A stretch of 58,303 nucleotides of DNA, filler included, from Stramenopiles sp. TOSAG23-3 (taxonomy: Eukaryota), in the NCBI GenBank assembly GCA_900128585.1. It is 6 parts of 6 records of this genome, joined end to end, with 100 filler letters (N's around TTAATTAATTAA, not from the genome) between each part and the next. Parts side by side here need not be neighbours in the genome. Positions count along the whole stretch, not along the records: positions 1 to 17,410 come from LT642449.1; 5 more parts are not named here. One strand, given 5' to 3'. A program made the translations under genes and the position numbers. This document shows positions 1-10,521 of this stretch, one piece after another (positions within the stretch are counted from its first letter, which is position 1; the number at the start of each line of letters is the position of its first letter). The notes under the pieces were generated by a model that searched no databases, had not been told where the DNA came from, and saw only the letters and a program-made list of their open reading frames with translations.

Positions 1-1
1 T

Positions 2-139
2 CACTTCTTCGCTGAACTCATCAGAGTCATTTGGAGAATCAATCATCCCTTTATTGCCAGAACTCGAAAAGCGGCTAGATTTGTGTTGTGATTGCCTGGA
101 TCCGTACAACTCATTTGGCGAAAAAAGTATATAAAACAT
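2..139 (-). CDS. Possible 5' end of a gene running off the window start
   Basis: Open frame MFYILFSPNELYGSRQSQHKSSRFSSSGNKGMIDSPNDSDEFSEEV to the edge, preceded by AT-rich spacer; alternative ATG at 46; no recognisable motif. Confidence 0.35.
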   Translation of the reverse strand, partial: MFYILFSPNELYGSRQSQHKSSRFSSSGNKGMIDSPNDSDEFSEEV

Positions 140-874
140 ATCATATGAATAAAAAAAATAAAAATTTATCTTTAAAAAAAAACATGTTAATATAGTAAGT
201 GTATAATTATTAATACAACTTCGTAACTTCTTAAGTTTTTATTTACTTAAAAAAAATAATTGAACTGATTATCGGTCCCTGCTAAGTCCACGATTCAGTA
301 GCCGTGAAAGATTAATGCCAAAAAACTTGTTAATTATTATCTCATATCATACCAACAAAAATATCCCAAGATACTCTTCGTCATGTGCACTTACTTTGAA
401 AACCCAAGGACTAGAAAAATGTTGGTCGGGTTATCTACACGACCCCAATCTCGGTGGAATGTTCGTAATGCATTAGTGGCATTTAATGCGGCGAAATCGA
501 AATGAGAGGCGGTGGCGAATAAGTGTGATCATTTGCAGGAGGAAATGCAATTATAAAAATCAGTTAAAAATATGCGACACCGATTCGGATCATGCATGGA
601 GTACAGAATGAAAAACAAATTTATATATAGAAAATGATAATCAAGACTAAGTGTTGACAAGGGTATTTAATTTGTGATTATTAAAATCTCAGGAGCAGAG
701 ATAACTTCGCAGTATTACGAAGAAGATAAATTTCAATCACGTTAAATAAATAAGACCAATTTTTTGTATTTTTTTTTTTAAATATGTGCCGAGAAAAGAT
801 ACAGCGGACGCCGCGTCCAAGACACCATTTAGACGACGACTGAGAACGACTCGCATTACGTTATGATTAACATT

Positions 875-900
875 AAACAAGAAAATTGGCTGTTGATTAA
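875..900 (+). repeat. 3'-associated dispersed element, A box
   Basis: AAACAAGAAAATTGGCTGTTGATTAA, near-identical to the copies at 30693 and 39693. Confidence 0.85.
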
Positions 901-1058
901 CATAAAAACTAAATTTACACTAATCATTTTACAGTAAATAAAAAGGGAACGCTCAATGCTCTCTTCAAAGTACACAAGACGATATACAAACTTGTAGTCT
1001 CTCGCGTATTATTATGAACTATTTGAATAAAAGAAGAAAGTGCTTGCCTTGCCTTCTA

Positions 1059-1796
1059 TTACGCACTGTTTATGAAATCAACCACGTCATCCAATTTGCC
1101 GTCTTTTGCAGAGCAACTGCAGTGCGTCACTTCGGCGTCAACATCAACGTCAAACTCGAACCGTTCTTCCGTCCCCAGCATTGTTTCGTTATTATCGGCA
1201 TCCATCCCGTTATCAGTCTCCATTAACGCAGATCGGGTGTCTTTCAACTTGTCCAAGGCCACTTCCAACTTTCGATAAATTTCTGCACTCGATTTTGCAC
1301 CGTGCATATCTGATTTCGTGGCGGTGATCAGAATTGGGATTTTTCCTGAAATAAACGACGGCCTAGTGAGAATGTGAGCCAAGAGTTCGGCGCTGCTCTG
1401 GATGCTTTCTCTTGTTTGGTTCCGGGACTCTACAGTAAAAACTATGGCCTTCGCATCAGGGATGTAGCGCTCTAATGAAGCACGCAAACGAGGATAACCA
1501 GGAAAGTCTATCATCGAGTTCCCAATTTTATCGTGCAGTTCGTAAGCTTCCAAAGAGGTTACAGTGTTGGGAAATGTCCCAGTGGCTATTTTCTGCGCCA
1601 GGCAAGTTTTTCCAGCACCACAACTGCCAACGAACAAAATTTTTTTCCCACCCACGCTTGAGGCACCAAACGTTTTTCGCTTAGAACTAAGCAATGTCAA
1701 AAGAACAACGACTATTGCGATTGCTATCCCAATCAATACGTTCTCGTTACCATCAGCAAAAGACAAGTCTATGGAAGAGAGAGCAAGCAACACCAT
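1059..1796 (-). CDS. SRPRB: Signal recognition particle receptor beta subunit (Arf-like GTPase)
   Basis: N-terminal TM anchor, P-loop GSCGAGKT, TVTS, IDFPGYPRLR (DxPGH-like), ILITATKSD; ATG at 1796 (ORF track starts at TTG 1826). Confidence 0.85.
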   Translation of the reverse strand: MVLLALSSIDLSFADGNENVLIGIAIAIVVVLLTLLSSKRKTFGASSVGGKKILFVGSCGAGKTCLAQKIATGTFPNTVTSLEAYELHDKIGNSMIDFPGYPRLRASLERYIPDAKAIVFTVESRNQTRESIQSSAELLAHILTRPSFISGKIPILITATKSDMHGAKSSAEIYRKLEVALDKLKDTRSALMETDNGMDADNNETMLGTEERFEFDVDVDAEVTHCSCSAKDGKLDDVVDFINSA

Positions 1797-2543
1797 GGCA
1801 GCCAGAAAAACAAGGCCCTGATACAAAGAGTAAGAGAAGTTACAGGACGAACAAAAACGGTTATATGCATAAAAAAAATCGAAATTGTTACCGATTTGTC
1901 AATCAATTAACTTTGTTTTTGTTTTCGTGCCTTGATGTTCCAGATAAAAAGGTGTTAAATTTTCCCGTGGTAGATAGAAAGCTGCAACAAGAGAAATGGG
2001 GCGAGGTCCGGCGGTGGTGCGCGTGCTGCTGGATGGTGAGCGGGGGGGCTAAATATTATTATATTAGTAGTGTTAATAGTAATTTAAGTATATATTGAAC
2101 CCTATAATTATTATTGATACTTGCTTTTTTAGTATTTTATATTTTGTTGATGGCTATGGCTACGCGTATACGTAAGCTTTGATCGGACGGACTTCTAACT
2201 CCTGCTATATGTATGTAATATTTTATAATAGGATATTATAAATGTATACTAAATACGTACTGTTATATAAACTAACAATTATTTAAAAATCTTCCTTCAT
2301 CTTCTTGTTCTTTCTTAGCTCCTCTTCTCTACTATTATTTATTTATTATTAAAAAATTCAATTATTATTTATAGCCGTGATGGGTGGTTGTACAAATCCA
2401 AATACATACATCTGAAGAAATGTATACAATGCAAATTGATGCACAACAGTGAAAGGAACGTTTCTGATTGGACTCACAGAAAGTTAAGGAACCAAGATAA
2501 GCGTTGTCGCTCAGGAAATCTTACGTGGGAGTTGAGTTGTGCA

Positions 2544-4049
2544 ATGTCAGATTTAAGGGATATGTTAGGCTTGGCCAAAGGGGGCTTTTCCCAGGGCGGT
2601 CAGTCGAAACGGGGAGGAAATGCCACGAGCAAGGCAAAGCTTGGATCCCGTGCGACGTCTAAAATTTCGACAGCTCCAACGTATACGTATCGGGGAAAGA
2701 AAGGAGGGCTGGAAAATTCCGTACAGGGAAGGGTGCTCCCTTCTGCTGCTGCCAAGGTCACCTGGCTCTGGAAGCCTTTTCAAATCTCTGCCCGGGGCGA
2801 TAAATCAAACCTGAGCCACTGGACTGCCAGCCACACACCAACTGCGGCCGATTACCAGTTCTCTAGATTTAACGAGAAGTGCGCCGTGGTAGTCCCGACC
2901 GAGGAAGAAACATCCGAGGTACCCGAAAGTGCTGAATGGAAGGGGGAGGACACCAAACTGTTGCTAGAGCTGTGCCAGAAATACGACCTGCGCTGGCCGT
3001 TGATACACGATCGGTGGGCAGGATCAACCGACCGGTCAGAAGAGGAGCTAAAGACCAGGTACTTTGATACCGCCCAAGCCATCCTGAAGTATCGATTTGA
3101 CCGTTTTGAGCCTGGCCGGCGAGGGGCAATTGACTCCGTCCCGTTGACGACCTCTGACAAAACCACGATCGAAGTCCCGCAACCGAAAGGCGAAAACGCA
3201 AGAAACCTCCTTGATTTGAAATGGGACGGGCAGAAGGAACGAGAAAGGGTCGCTGCCGCTGCCGCAGCGCTTAGCCAAACAAAACACGACGAAGTCGAAT
3301 CAAAACGCTTGCGGGAACTGAGCAAAAAACTAGATATTCAAATCCGCAAACTGAAGCGAGAACATGTCAACCCCTCCGGGAATAGTGCCACGTCTGCATC
3401 TTCAAAAGGCTTGCGTCCCCCAATGCCAGCCTTGCCGAGACCGACGGTGGGACCAGCCGCAATTTTTTCCACAGATGACAGAAACACTTACTTGCGCAGC
3501 TGGAGGTTGGCAAACGTTGGCGCGGGCCAGTACTTTGGGCCTAGGATAGTGAGCAAGATGTCCAAGGTACTTGGGGAATTGAGCGTACCGGCCCACCCCC
3601 TACCGACGCAGCGTGTATGTGATGCATACGACCAACTTCGCCAAGATATCCTGAATTTAATTGAAGCGCAGAAAGAGCTAAAATCGTCGACCACCGTCCC
3701 CCGGAAAACCGTTTCACGCAAGATCCCACCCGAGGAAAAGATCAAAATTGCAGAACTGAACAAGCCCAGTTCCAGTAGCCTCTTGGACGGGCAACAATCT
3801 GCGGGTGCCACAGACCCCATCGCCTCGACATCGTTTTCTAACGAATCGATACCAGTCATAAGCGGAAACCCAAAACCCAATAATAGCAAACCCAACAAAC
3901 GGAAACAATCGTCCGGCACCAATAAAAGAAAGAGTTCAACGTCAATTAAATTTTCTTTGAAAGGGCCTAAGAAAAGCGCTAGCAGCAAAGCCCCTTCGTC
4001 TTCATCAAACAAAAGACAAAAGACAACCTCTACCAAAGGAAGGCAATAA
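2544..4049 (+). CDS. DMAP1: DNA methyltransferase 1-associated protein / SWC4 (SANT domain)
   Basis: MSDLRDMLGL start, WLWKPF..AR.D...LSHW, YQFSRFN, W...DT..LLELCQKYDLRWPLIHDRW, RS.EELK.RY, PT.RVC..YD.LR. Confidence 0.88.
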   Translation: MSDLRDMLGLAKGGFSQGGQSKRGGNATSKAKLGSRATSKISTAPTYTYRGKKGGLENSVQGRVLPSAAAKVTWLWKPFQISARGDKSNLSHWTASHTPTAADYQFSRFNEKCAVVVPTEEETSEVPESAEWKGEDTKLLLELCQKYDLRWPLIHDRWAGSTDRSEEELKTRYFDTAQAILKYRFDRFEPGRRGAIDSVPLTTSDKTTIEVPQPKGENARNLLDLKWDGQKERERVAAAAAALSQTKHDEVESKRLRELSKKLDIQIRKLKREHVNPSGNSATSASSKGLRPPMPALPRPTVGPAAIFSTDDRNTYLRSWRLANVGAGQYFGPRIVSKMSKVLGELSVPAHPLPTQRVCDAYDQLRQDILNLIEAQKELKSSTTVPRKTVSRKIPPEEKIKIAELNKPSSSSLLDGQQSAGATDPIASTSFSNESIPVISGNPKPNNSKPNKRKQSSGTNKRKSSTSIKFSLKGPKKSASSKAPSSSSNKRQKTTSTKGRQ

Positions 4050-4958
4050 TGCAAAACGAATCGTTGAAATCAATTGTAGAACACGAAGCACTCGGTACTA
4101 TTTCTCCCTTTCCCCATATAAAATATAATAATAATTTTATTATTAATAATAATTGTTTTCTTCAATTGTGTTGTTAGATTCAATAATGTGTTCGTGTTCA
4201 TATAGGGAATTAATAAGTACAATAAATTTGTATTAATTTAACACAACAATGCTGAGAGTGAAAACTTGTACTTTACAGATGGCTAACAGGCCAGGCAACA
4301 GCAGCAAAACTCGAAGTCCTCATCGAGAGTTTACATTGGCTAGTCCGCCGAGTTACTTTTTGGTTGGCAAAAAATCAGAAGATCTGATTTGCCAAAATAA
4401 AAAAATAATAAATATCCAAAAATTATGTTATTTGATAGTAATAATAGTTTTTAAAAGTATATTTAAAATGTATTATACTTGTATATCCATTTGAAAATAT
4501 AATATTCTCACATACAAAATAGTATGATTGTAGTATTTAAATAATAGGAAAAGAAAATAATAGATGGGTTTGTTGTAAGTACTAATAATAATACCAATAG
4601 AGGTAATAAAAGAAAGAAATTGATTCTTCCTCATCTTCAAACAACTAATTATAATTCACTCCAATGGTACCGCGGTATAAATTCTACTACTATATATAAC
4701 TAGAGAAGAACGACTAGACTAATAATAATAGATTGAAGAATGAGAATTAACAGACATGCATTTCAATCTTGAATGAATTACTTAGACTAGCAGTAACGTG
4801 CACATTGTTTTAGTATCAAGTACCTGTTGAATGGCAAATAGTTGAATTTTTGAGAAGAGCGGCCATACGAGAATTGGGTAGGACAGGTCTGAAACAATTA
4901 GCGAGTCGTGCTTGTATATAAAATATTTTAATTCGGCAATCTGTTTGTCATCGTAGTA

Positions 4959-6023
4959 ATGCAGAATAAGAAAAGAGGAAAGAAAAGAAAGCTGGAGCAA
5001 CGGGCTTTGGAAGAGGAGCGCGTTGTGCAGCAGTTGAAAAAGCAACTGGAAGGAAAGGTCAGTGCCGAGAGCTTAGACTGGCTGCCGCGTACCGCTACTG
5101 CCCAAAAATACATAAAAAACCAGGCCCTTTCTGAAACGGGCGATGTATTGTCTTTGCAAGCCATAGACAAGTTGGTTAAGGGCGACAAAACCGTCCAGCA
5201 AAGGACGACTGAAATCAAGCGTGCCATAAAGGATCGGTTGATACTAAGCGAAAGGAGCAAACTCGGAGAAAAATGGGTGGAATATTCCATCAACGCGACA
5301 GTACCTGGAGGAAGCACGTTTGGATTGGGCGCAGAATTTTCGCCAATGGTGCACCCGACTGGAATTCTAATCAAAAAGTTTGTAAAAATACCCGGTGGAG
5401 AGAAGGGGGCTTTGGAAGTTACTGGAAAAGTCGCCGTAGGGGACGTCATTGTGTCAATAAATGGCGCAAAGGTTGCTGCTGGGAATATTCACACGGCGAT
5501 GATGACCCTTTCGATGATAGCACAAGTAGCACTCTTTAGCAAAATGGACCAAAAATTGAAGCTTGTACTTTCGCGCTTCGAGCGGGCTTCGCCAAATGAC
5601 GTTGCCACTGCAATTAGGTGTGCTCTGGAGCCCAGTAGGTTGGCACAACTTGAGAGTTCTCCTTTGATAGTGGCTTTCGCGAGAGCCACTCAACCCCTCG
5701 CTGGCAAAGAGCTGGAATACTGGCTGCTGAACCGATCTTCTGTTGTGTCCGAAATTTTTGCACCTTACGACCGAAGGCAAGAACTTGAAAACATTTTTCA
5801 AAAGTATGGACGTTCCCTTGAGGGCGAAAACGGGCTGTTGCGTGAACGGCCTGAGCTGCCAGAAATGTACGATTTGTACGACATATCAGGTCTTTTGCAA
5901 AAATATATAGACAATGGAGAGGTTGGGCGTGGACGGAACAAGACCTCATTGAAAACCGCCAAGCAGGTATGTACAGCAGTCATTAGCCATTTGAAAAAGG
6001 TAGGGGGTGCAGATAAGTTTTAA
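4959..6023 (+). CDS. PDZ-domain-containing protein
   Basis: FGLG....GILIKKF.....GALEVTGKVAVGDVIVSING resembles a PDZ domain; 354-aa ORF. Confidence 0.6.
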   Translation: MQNKKRGKKRKLEQRALEEERVVQQLKKQLEGKVSAESLDWLPRTATAQKYIKNQALSETGDVLSLQAIDKLVKGDKTVQQRTTEIKRAIKDRLILSERSKLGEKWVEYSINATVPGGSTFGLGAEFSPMVHPTGILIKKFVKIPGGEKGALEVTGKVAVGDVIVSINGAKVAAGNIHTAMMTLSMIAQVALFSKMDQKLKLVLSRFERASPNDVATAIRCALEPSRLAQLESSPLIVAFARATQPLAGKELEYWLLNRSSVVSEIFAPYDRRQELENIFQKYGRSLEGENGLLRERPELPEMYDLYDISGLLQKYIDNGEVGRGRNKTSLKTAKQVCTAVISHLKKVGGADKF

Positions 6024-6128
6024 ATAAAATAAAACGAAAAAACGATTAATAAAAGATGATTGCGTTGTGACAAAAACAAATTGCATTGCAAGGAAGGATG
6101 AAATGGAAATCTCAAGAAGTAAAACTTT

Positions 6129-6210
6129 AAAAACAAAAAATTGGCTCTTTGTAGCAGCGAAGACGATAAATTTTAACTATGATACTTAAATAACAGCCAA
6201 ATTCTTTGTT
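6129..6210. repeat. Pair of 3'-associated element copies between convergent genes
   Basis: Degenerate + copy 6129-6150 (AAAAACAAAAAATTGGCTCTTT) after the PDZ gene; - copy 6183-6210 abutting the HDAC stop codon. Confidence 0.8.
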
Positions 6211-9200
6211 TCAATCACTTTGTAACTTTCGGCTTTCAACATTGGATGGGTAATCCGGAGATGGGATCGTACTCTCAGGAGACGATTCTTCTCCCGACTC
6301 GTCCGTATCGTCACTATCGTCCCCATTCGACTCAAACAGAGGGACTTTGTTATGGTCCACCAGCGCCGCCACGTGAGCAACAACACATTTTGCTAAATTC
6401 TTTCGTTCTAATTTGTTCCGAACGTACTGCCCGTACCCACCTTCGAGGACAGATATTAATCTACCATTACAGCAAATAGATGCTATTTCTTGAATTTTTG
6501 AAACTACCCAAAAGTAATCCGAAGGCCGGAGGTCAAGGCCACAACTGCTGCGACCTACAGAGTGATTGCAATTTCCAACATCATTTTCTGAACCGTCAAA
6601 ACCGGAAGAGAGCAAAATTAATTCAGGGTTGTAAGCCCTGAGTGCCGGAATCAGTTTTTGGGTTATAACTTGCCGAAAATAAGACCTCCCCCGTCGCAAC
6701 GGTGCACTTGAAACTCGCCGCCGCCCCATGGACACGGACCCGCTGCTGTCCCGGCGCCACAGAGGCCTCATGGGCGCGTTGCTTATATTTTTCGCAATAA
6801 TATCTACCTTTCCAGTTCCAGGATAAAACTCATATGACTTTGAACGGTCGAACAAATGTGTAGAGAAGAAAAATATTTTATTTGGGTCATTTATCCCCGA
6901 AATGATCTCTTCGGTCCCGTTTCCATGGTGGACGTCAAAATCGATTATTGCTACCCGGTTTAGATTATGGTGGTCTAAAGCATGCATGGCCCCCACGGCA
7001 ACATTGTTGAAAATGCAAAAGCCACAGGAAGTTGCATTCTTTAACAAACCATTTGTTCCAGCATGGTGCCCAGGCGGACGCACGGCACAAAATGCATTAC
7101 GATTTTTTCCACTCAGAACCACGTCGATGGCATGGCATACGGCCCCCACTGCCCGGCGAGCAGCAGGAAGGGAGCCACTGGAAAACGATGTATCGCAAAT
7201 ATCATCTTCCTTCGTTTCTGCATCCGCAACCCCCAGATTTTTTTGAACTTTTGGCGTGAAGGGAATCACAGTCTTATCCTTTATAACTTGCTTCGACAGG
7301 TCATGAATAAAACGAATGTATGCGGGCGAATGTACTCTAAGTAGTGCTTTTACAGTCGCACGGTCAAACGAAGAGGTATGCTGGAGAGACTTCTCTGGAT
7401 TAAACATTTTGGTTTCCTTCATTTCCTTCATAATAACTTGTATTCTTTCTGGGTGTTCCCATTCATCAGATTTTCTTGGTTCGTGCTCTTCGCACTCTTC
7501 GTGGTGGACTATCAAAGTTTTCCTTGAAGAATCGGCGTTGAAAAAAACCTCTCTGATTTCATCCCGCAACCGTTCCGCAGATTTTCTCTGTGAAAGGGTG
7601 CCAATGGGCAACTCAGAGGCAGCAACAGCCATCGCAGTCTTGTAATATTGGTTCCGAATATGCATATCAGCCTTGTGCTGCAGCAAATACTTTACGCACT
7701 CAATTTTCCCTTCGCAAGAAGCAAGGTGAAGCGCCGTGTTTCCCGCTTTGCTACGAAAATCTTTCTTGCAACCTCGTTGAAGAAACATGGGCAAAATATC
7801 TCTATTGCCTTTCGCAGCAGCCCAATGCAGACAATTGTACCCTTTTTTATCTACAAACTTCGTTTGCGCCTTGTACGTAAATAGTAACTTGCACATTTTG
7901 ACTGGTAGACTCTTCGCATCGTCCCCCTTTACCCGTTTTTTTGTCTTAAGCTTACTGATATCCAATGCTGCAGCTACCATGAGGGGTGTATAACCGTACG
8001 TGTCCGGGTGATTTACTGCCTCAGCGACGGAAATAGACGATATCCCCTTTTTCACTGCTCTGCTCTTTTTCCTTTTAATGATTAAAGAAGGATTATGGGA
8101 ACTAGTCTTGGATGTTGTTGGCCGTGGAGCAGCCGGAGCGGCGACCTTTGGCTCGGCATCGGGAGAGTCAACGGACATACTTGAACCAGGTTTGTTATCC
8201 CCCGAGTTACTTTCTACTGTGCTTGTATGTCCAACAATAGCCGCCGCCTCCATTTTGTCTGCATTTTCTGTACCGCTGCCGCGCTTCTCTGTTTGCGACG
8301 ATAAGTTTTCCAAGATCGAGTGTGCAGTCGGTGGGTGCACCAGGGGTCGAGGAGGCAGTGTTGACAACTGCTTGGAAAGCGTAGAGGCTTTTGGATTCTC
8401 CTCCAGCTTGGTGCGCACATCCATGCCACCCTCCGCAAGATCTTTCAATACCTTTGCTAAGTACTCTAAATCACCTGTCAGGACGGCTTCATGCACTATC
8501 GTTCTCTGCGCAGGGTAATACCTCAGCGACTTCTGGGTAGCTGCCGTGCTTTGCGATGCAGCGGAAGAGGTAATCTTACGCAATCCAGCACCCGAATGAC
8601 TCAATGCAGATTTACTTTTCTTTTTCCCTTCCCGTAACAAATCAATGTGACCGGCCCAAGGCGTCCCGGGGGCATTACTGACAAATTTTTCTTCCAACAT
8701 CGCTGCTGATAAATCGCCTAAGGTCGGTTTGGGCCTTCTGTGGCCTGCCTTCAGTTTCTTTGCACTTTTCTTTTTCGAACTTTTCGTTGAATTACGGTTC
8801 ACTTTCACCTTCCCCTTTTTTGCTGACTTGAGTTTTTCGGTATCTGCGGCATTTGCTTTCGCCCGGGATAGCCTTGACGTACTGGCGGTCCCACTCAGGG
8901 CAAGTTCAAGGTACTTTGTGTCATCGGAAAGTCGTTTGACAACGCCTTCAGCGCCTGCAGATGTGCGCGCCAAAAGTGCCAGCGACCCTGGTCCAAGCTT
9001 TTGTGCAAATGGCTGGTTAAGCTTCAGTCCGTTGCCTGCAGATTTTAATTTGTCCTGGTCGTGCTTCATGCCTACCAAATTTGCTGCTTTAAGAAGTTTC
9101 TGAAAATATTTTTGGGCATGGGTGCGGGTTTGTACGACAGAACGGGTTCCTACCAAGGCAGCGACTTTCGCCCATTCTTTCCCATGCAATTCCAAACCCC

Positions 9201-9672
9201 GCTTGAATGCTTTGTGTTCCTCATCCGTCCACCGCCCTACTTTTTCCAGTAGGTTATCCCCTTCCTGCTTCTTCAGGGCTTTCTTACTCGCTACCTTTTT
9301 TTTGTCAGCGCCCTTTTTCTGCCTTTTGGAGTCAGTGGATTTGGTCGCCTGGCCTTCTTTCAACTTCCGCTTTTCGCCCGTTCTTTTAATTTGCATATTT
9401 ATAACTGTTGTACTAGGCTTTCCTCCCGTAGCAGCTGTTAAACTCGAAGTGTGCTTCTTAGCTTGTTGCTGATCTTTCGGTGTCTTGCATTCTACAGAAG
9501 ATAGGTTTGCTTTCTCTTGTAAGTTTGAAGTGCCCCGAGGCTTGCTAATTCTCAATGTAGCCATGACTCCTTTTTCTTGCAGACAACCGTCTCCCTCCCC
9601 GCCCCTCTGCTGTTGTGTGGGACCGGCCTGGAAAGCCCGAGGCTCTGTACTACCACTACTGACTCCGCTCAT
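6211..9672 (-). CDS. Myb (SHAQKYF-class) + ankyrin repeat + class II-type histone deacetylase fusion
   Basis: GRWTDEEH..F..GL..HGKEW......TRS..Q.RTHAQKYF; ankyrin repeats GYTPLM, GYNCLHWAA, GNTALHLAS; HDAC motifs EHPERI, RPPGHHA, GFCIFNNVA, DFDVHHGNGT, GFDG, LEGGY. Confidence 0.92.
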   Translation of the reverse strand: MSGVSSGSTEPRAFQAGPTQQQRGGEGDGCLQEKGVMATLRISKPRGTSNLQEKANLSSVECKTPKDQQQAKKHTSSLTAATGGKPSTTVINMQIKRTGEKRKLKEGQATKSTDSKRQKKGADKKKVASKKALKKQEGDNLLEKVGRWTDEEHKAFKRGLELHGKEWAKVAALVGTRSVVQTRTHAQKYFQKLLKAANLVGMKHDQDKLKSAGNGLKLNQPFAQKLGPGSLALLARTSAGAEGVVKRLSDDTKYLELALSGTASTSRLSRAKANAADTEKLKSAKKGKVKVNRNSTKSSKKKSAKKLKAGHRRPKPTLGDLSAAMLEEKFVSNAPGTPWAGHIDLLREGKKKSKSALSHSGAGLRKITSSAASQSTAATQKSLRYYPAQRTIVHEAVLTGDLEYLAKVLKDLAEGGMDVRTKLEENPKASTLSKQLSTLPPRPLVHPPTAHSILENLSSQTEKRGSGTENADKMEAAAIVGHTSTVESNSGDNKPGSSMSVDSPDAEPKVAAPAAPRPTTSKTSSHNPSLIIKRKKSRAVKKGISSISVAEAVNHPDTYGYTPLMVAAALDISKLKTKKRVKGDDAKSLPVKMCKLLFTYKAQTKFVDKKGYNCLHWAAAKGNRDILPMFLQRGCKKDFRSKAGNTALHLASCEGKIECVKYLLQHKADMHIRNQYYKTAMAVAASELPIGTLSQRKSAERLRDEIREVFFNADSSRKTLIVHHEECEEHEPRKSDEWEHPERIQVIMKEMKETKMFNPEKSLQHTSSFDRATVKALLRVHSPAYIRFIHDLSKQVIKDKTVIPFTPKVQKNLGVADAETKEDDICDTSFSSGSLPAARRAVGAVCHAIDVVLSGKNRNAFCAVRPPGHHAGTNGLLKNATSCGFCIFNNVAVGAMHALDHHNLNRVAIIDFDVHHGNGTEEIISGINDPNKIFFFSTHLFDRSKSYEFYPGTGKVDIIAKNISNAPMRPLWRRDSSGSVSMGRRRVSSAPLRRGRSYFRQVITQKLIPALRAYNPELILLSSGFDGSENDVGNCNHSVGRSSCGLDLRPSDYFWVVSKIQEIASICCNGRLISVLEGGYGQYVRNKLERKNLAKCVVAHVAALVDHNKVPLFESNGDDSDDTDESGEESSPESTIPSPDYPSNVESRKLQSD

Positions 9673-10521
9673 AGATACTCGCTATTGCTCTTCAAGAATC
9701 AACCGCAAAACTAAACCACCGCGCAATAGTTACAATTTTCTGTGAATTAAAATATTCCCGTCGACTACCTTACGTGTTGACAACTTTGTAAACTTGCGCA
9801 AAGCTTTCCATGCCATATATTGCATTGTACTTCCGCAATGGATATCGTGATATTAACACTTGACTTTGAACTTTTTTTCTTCTTTGTTGTTCCTCTTCTT
9901 CTTCTGGTACGGTACTACCTGTTTTTTCTTCTTCTCTTTTTTTCTTCCCTTCCGCCGTTGTTCCTACCGTACCATATTGTGGTTTGTTGGATGCTGCTCC
10001 CTGCGTGCTGCTTCATTCACTACAAAAGGGACATCTATTATCGTCGGATATTTATTTAATCTCTATGTCAATGTACAAATTAAATTGTATTGTATCTCCT
10101 TGTCGTAAAAAAGATCGAATATTGGCATAATTTAATATCATAGTAGTAGCAGGCCAGCCACAAAATAGAAAGTTCATCTCACAAAATTTAATATCTTTTT
10201 TTTTCTTTTCTGCTTTTTTTTTTGTAGATATCAAACATATTTAACCCTAATCCTAACATATATACAAACCATTATTTGTGATTTTTTTTTTATTTTTTAT
10301 ATATTGCTCTTCTTCTTCTATACATATTATTTATGACCGTTATTTATTCTCTCTTTTTTTTAATTATTATAAGTGAGTAAAAACTGTATAAAAAATATAC
10401 TCTTATGGTGATGAAAAAATGGGGAAAAGACAGCGCCGCAAATACTCCGTTGGTGGCGAATAGTTTTGACGCACCACTTGTAGTTCCGGGATCCGTTCCA
10501 CCATAAGTAACACGAGCAGGG

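Noticed and set aside
4249-4494. 81-aa ORF with a small hairpin at 4366-4393
   Set aside because: No recognisable motif and it runs into AT-rich low-complexity sequence; insufficient support
10242-10257. TAACCCTAATCCTAAC as a telomerase template or interstitial telomere
   Set aside because: Too short and lies in low-complexity AT-rich DNA with no supporting structure
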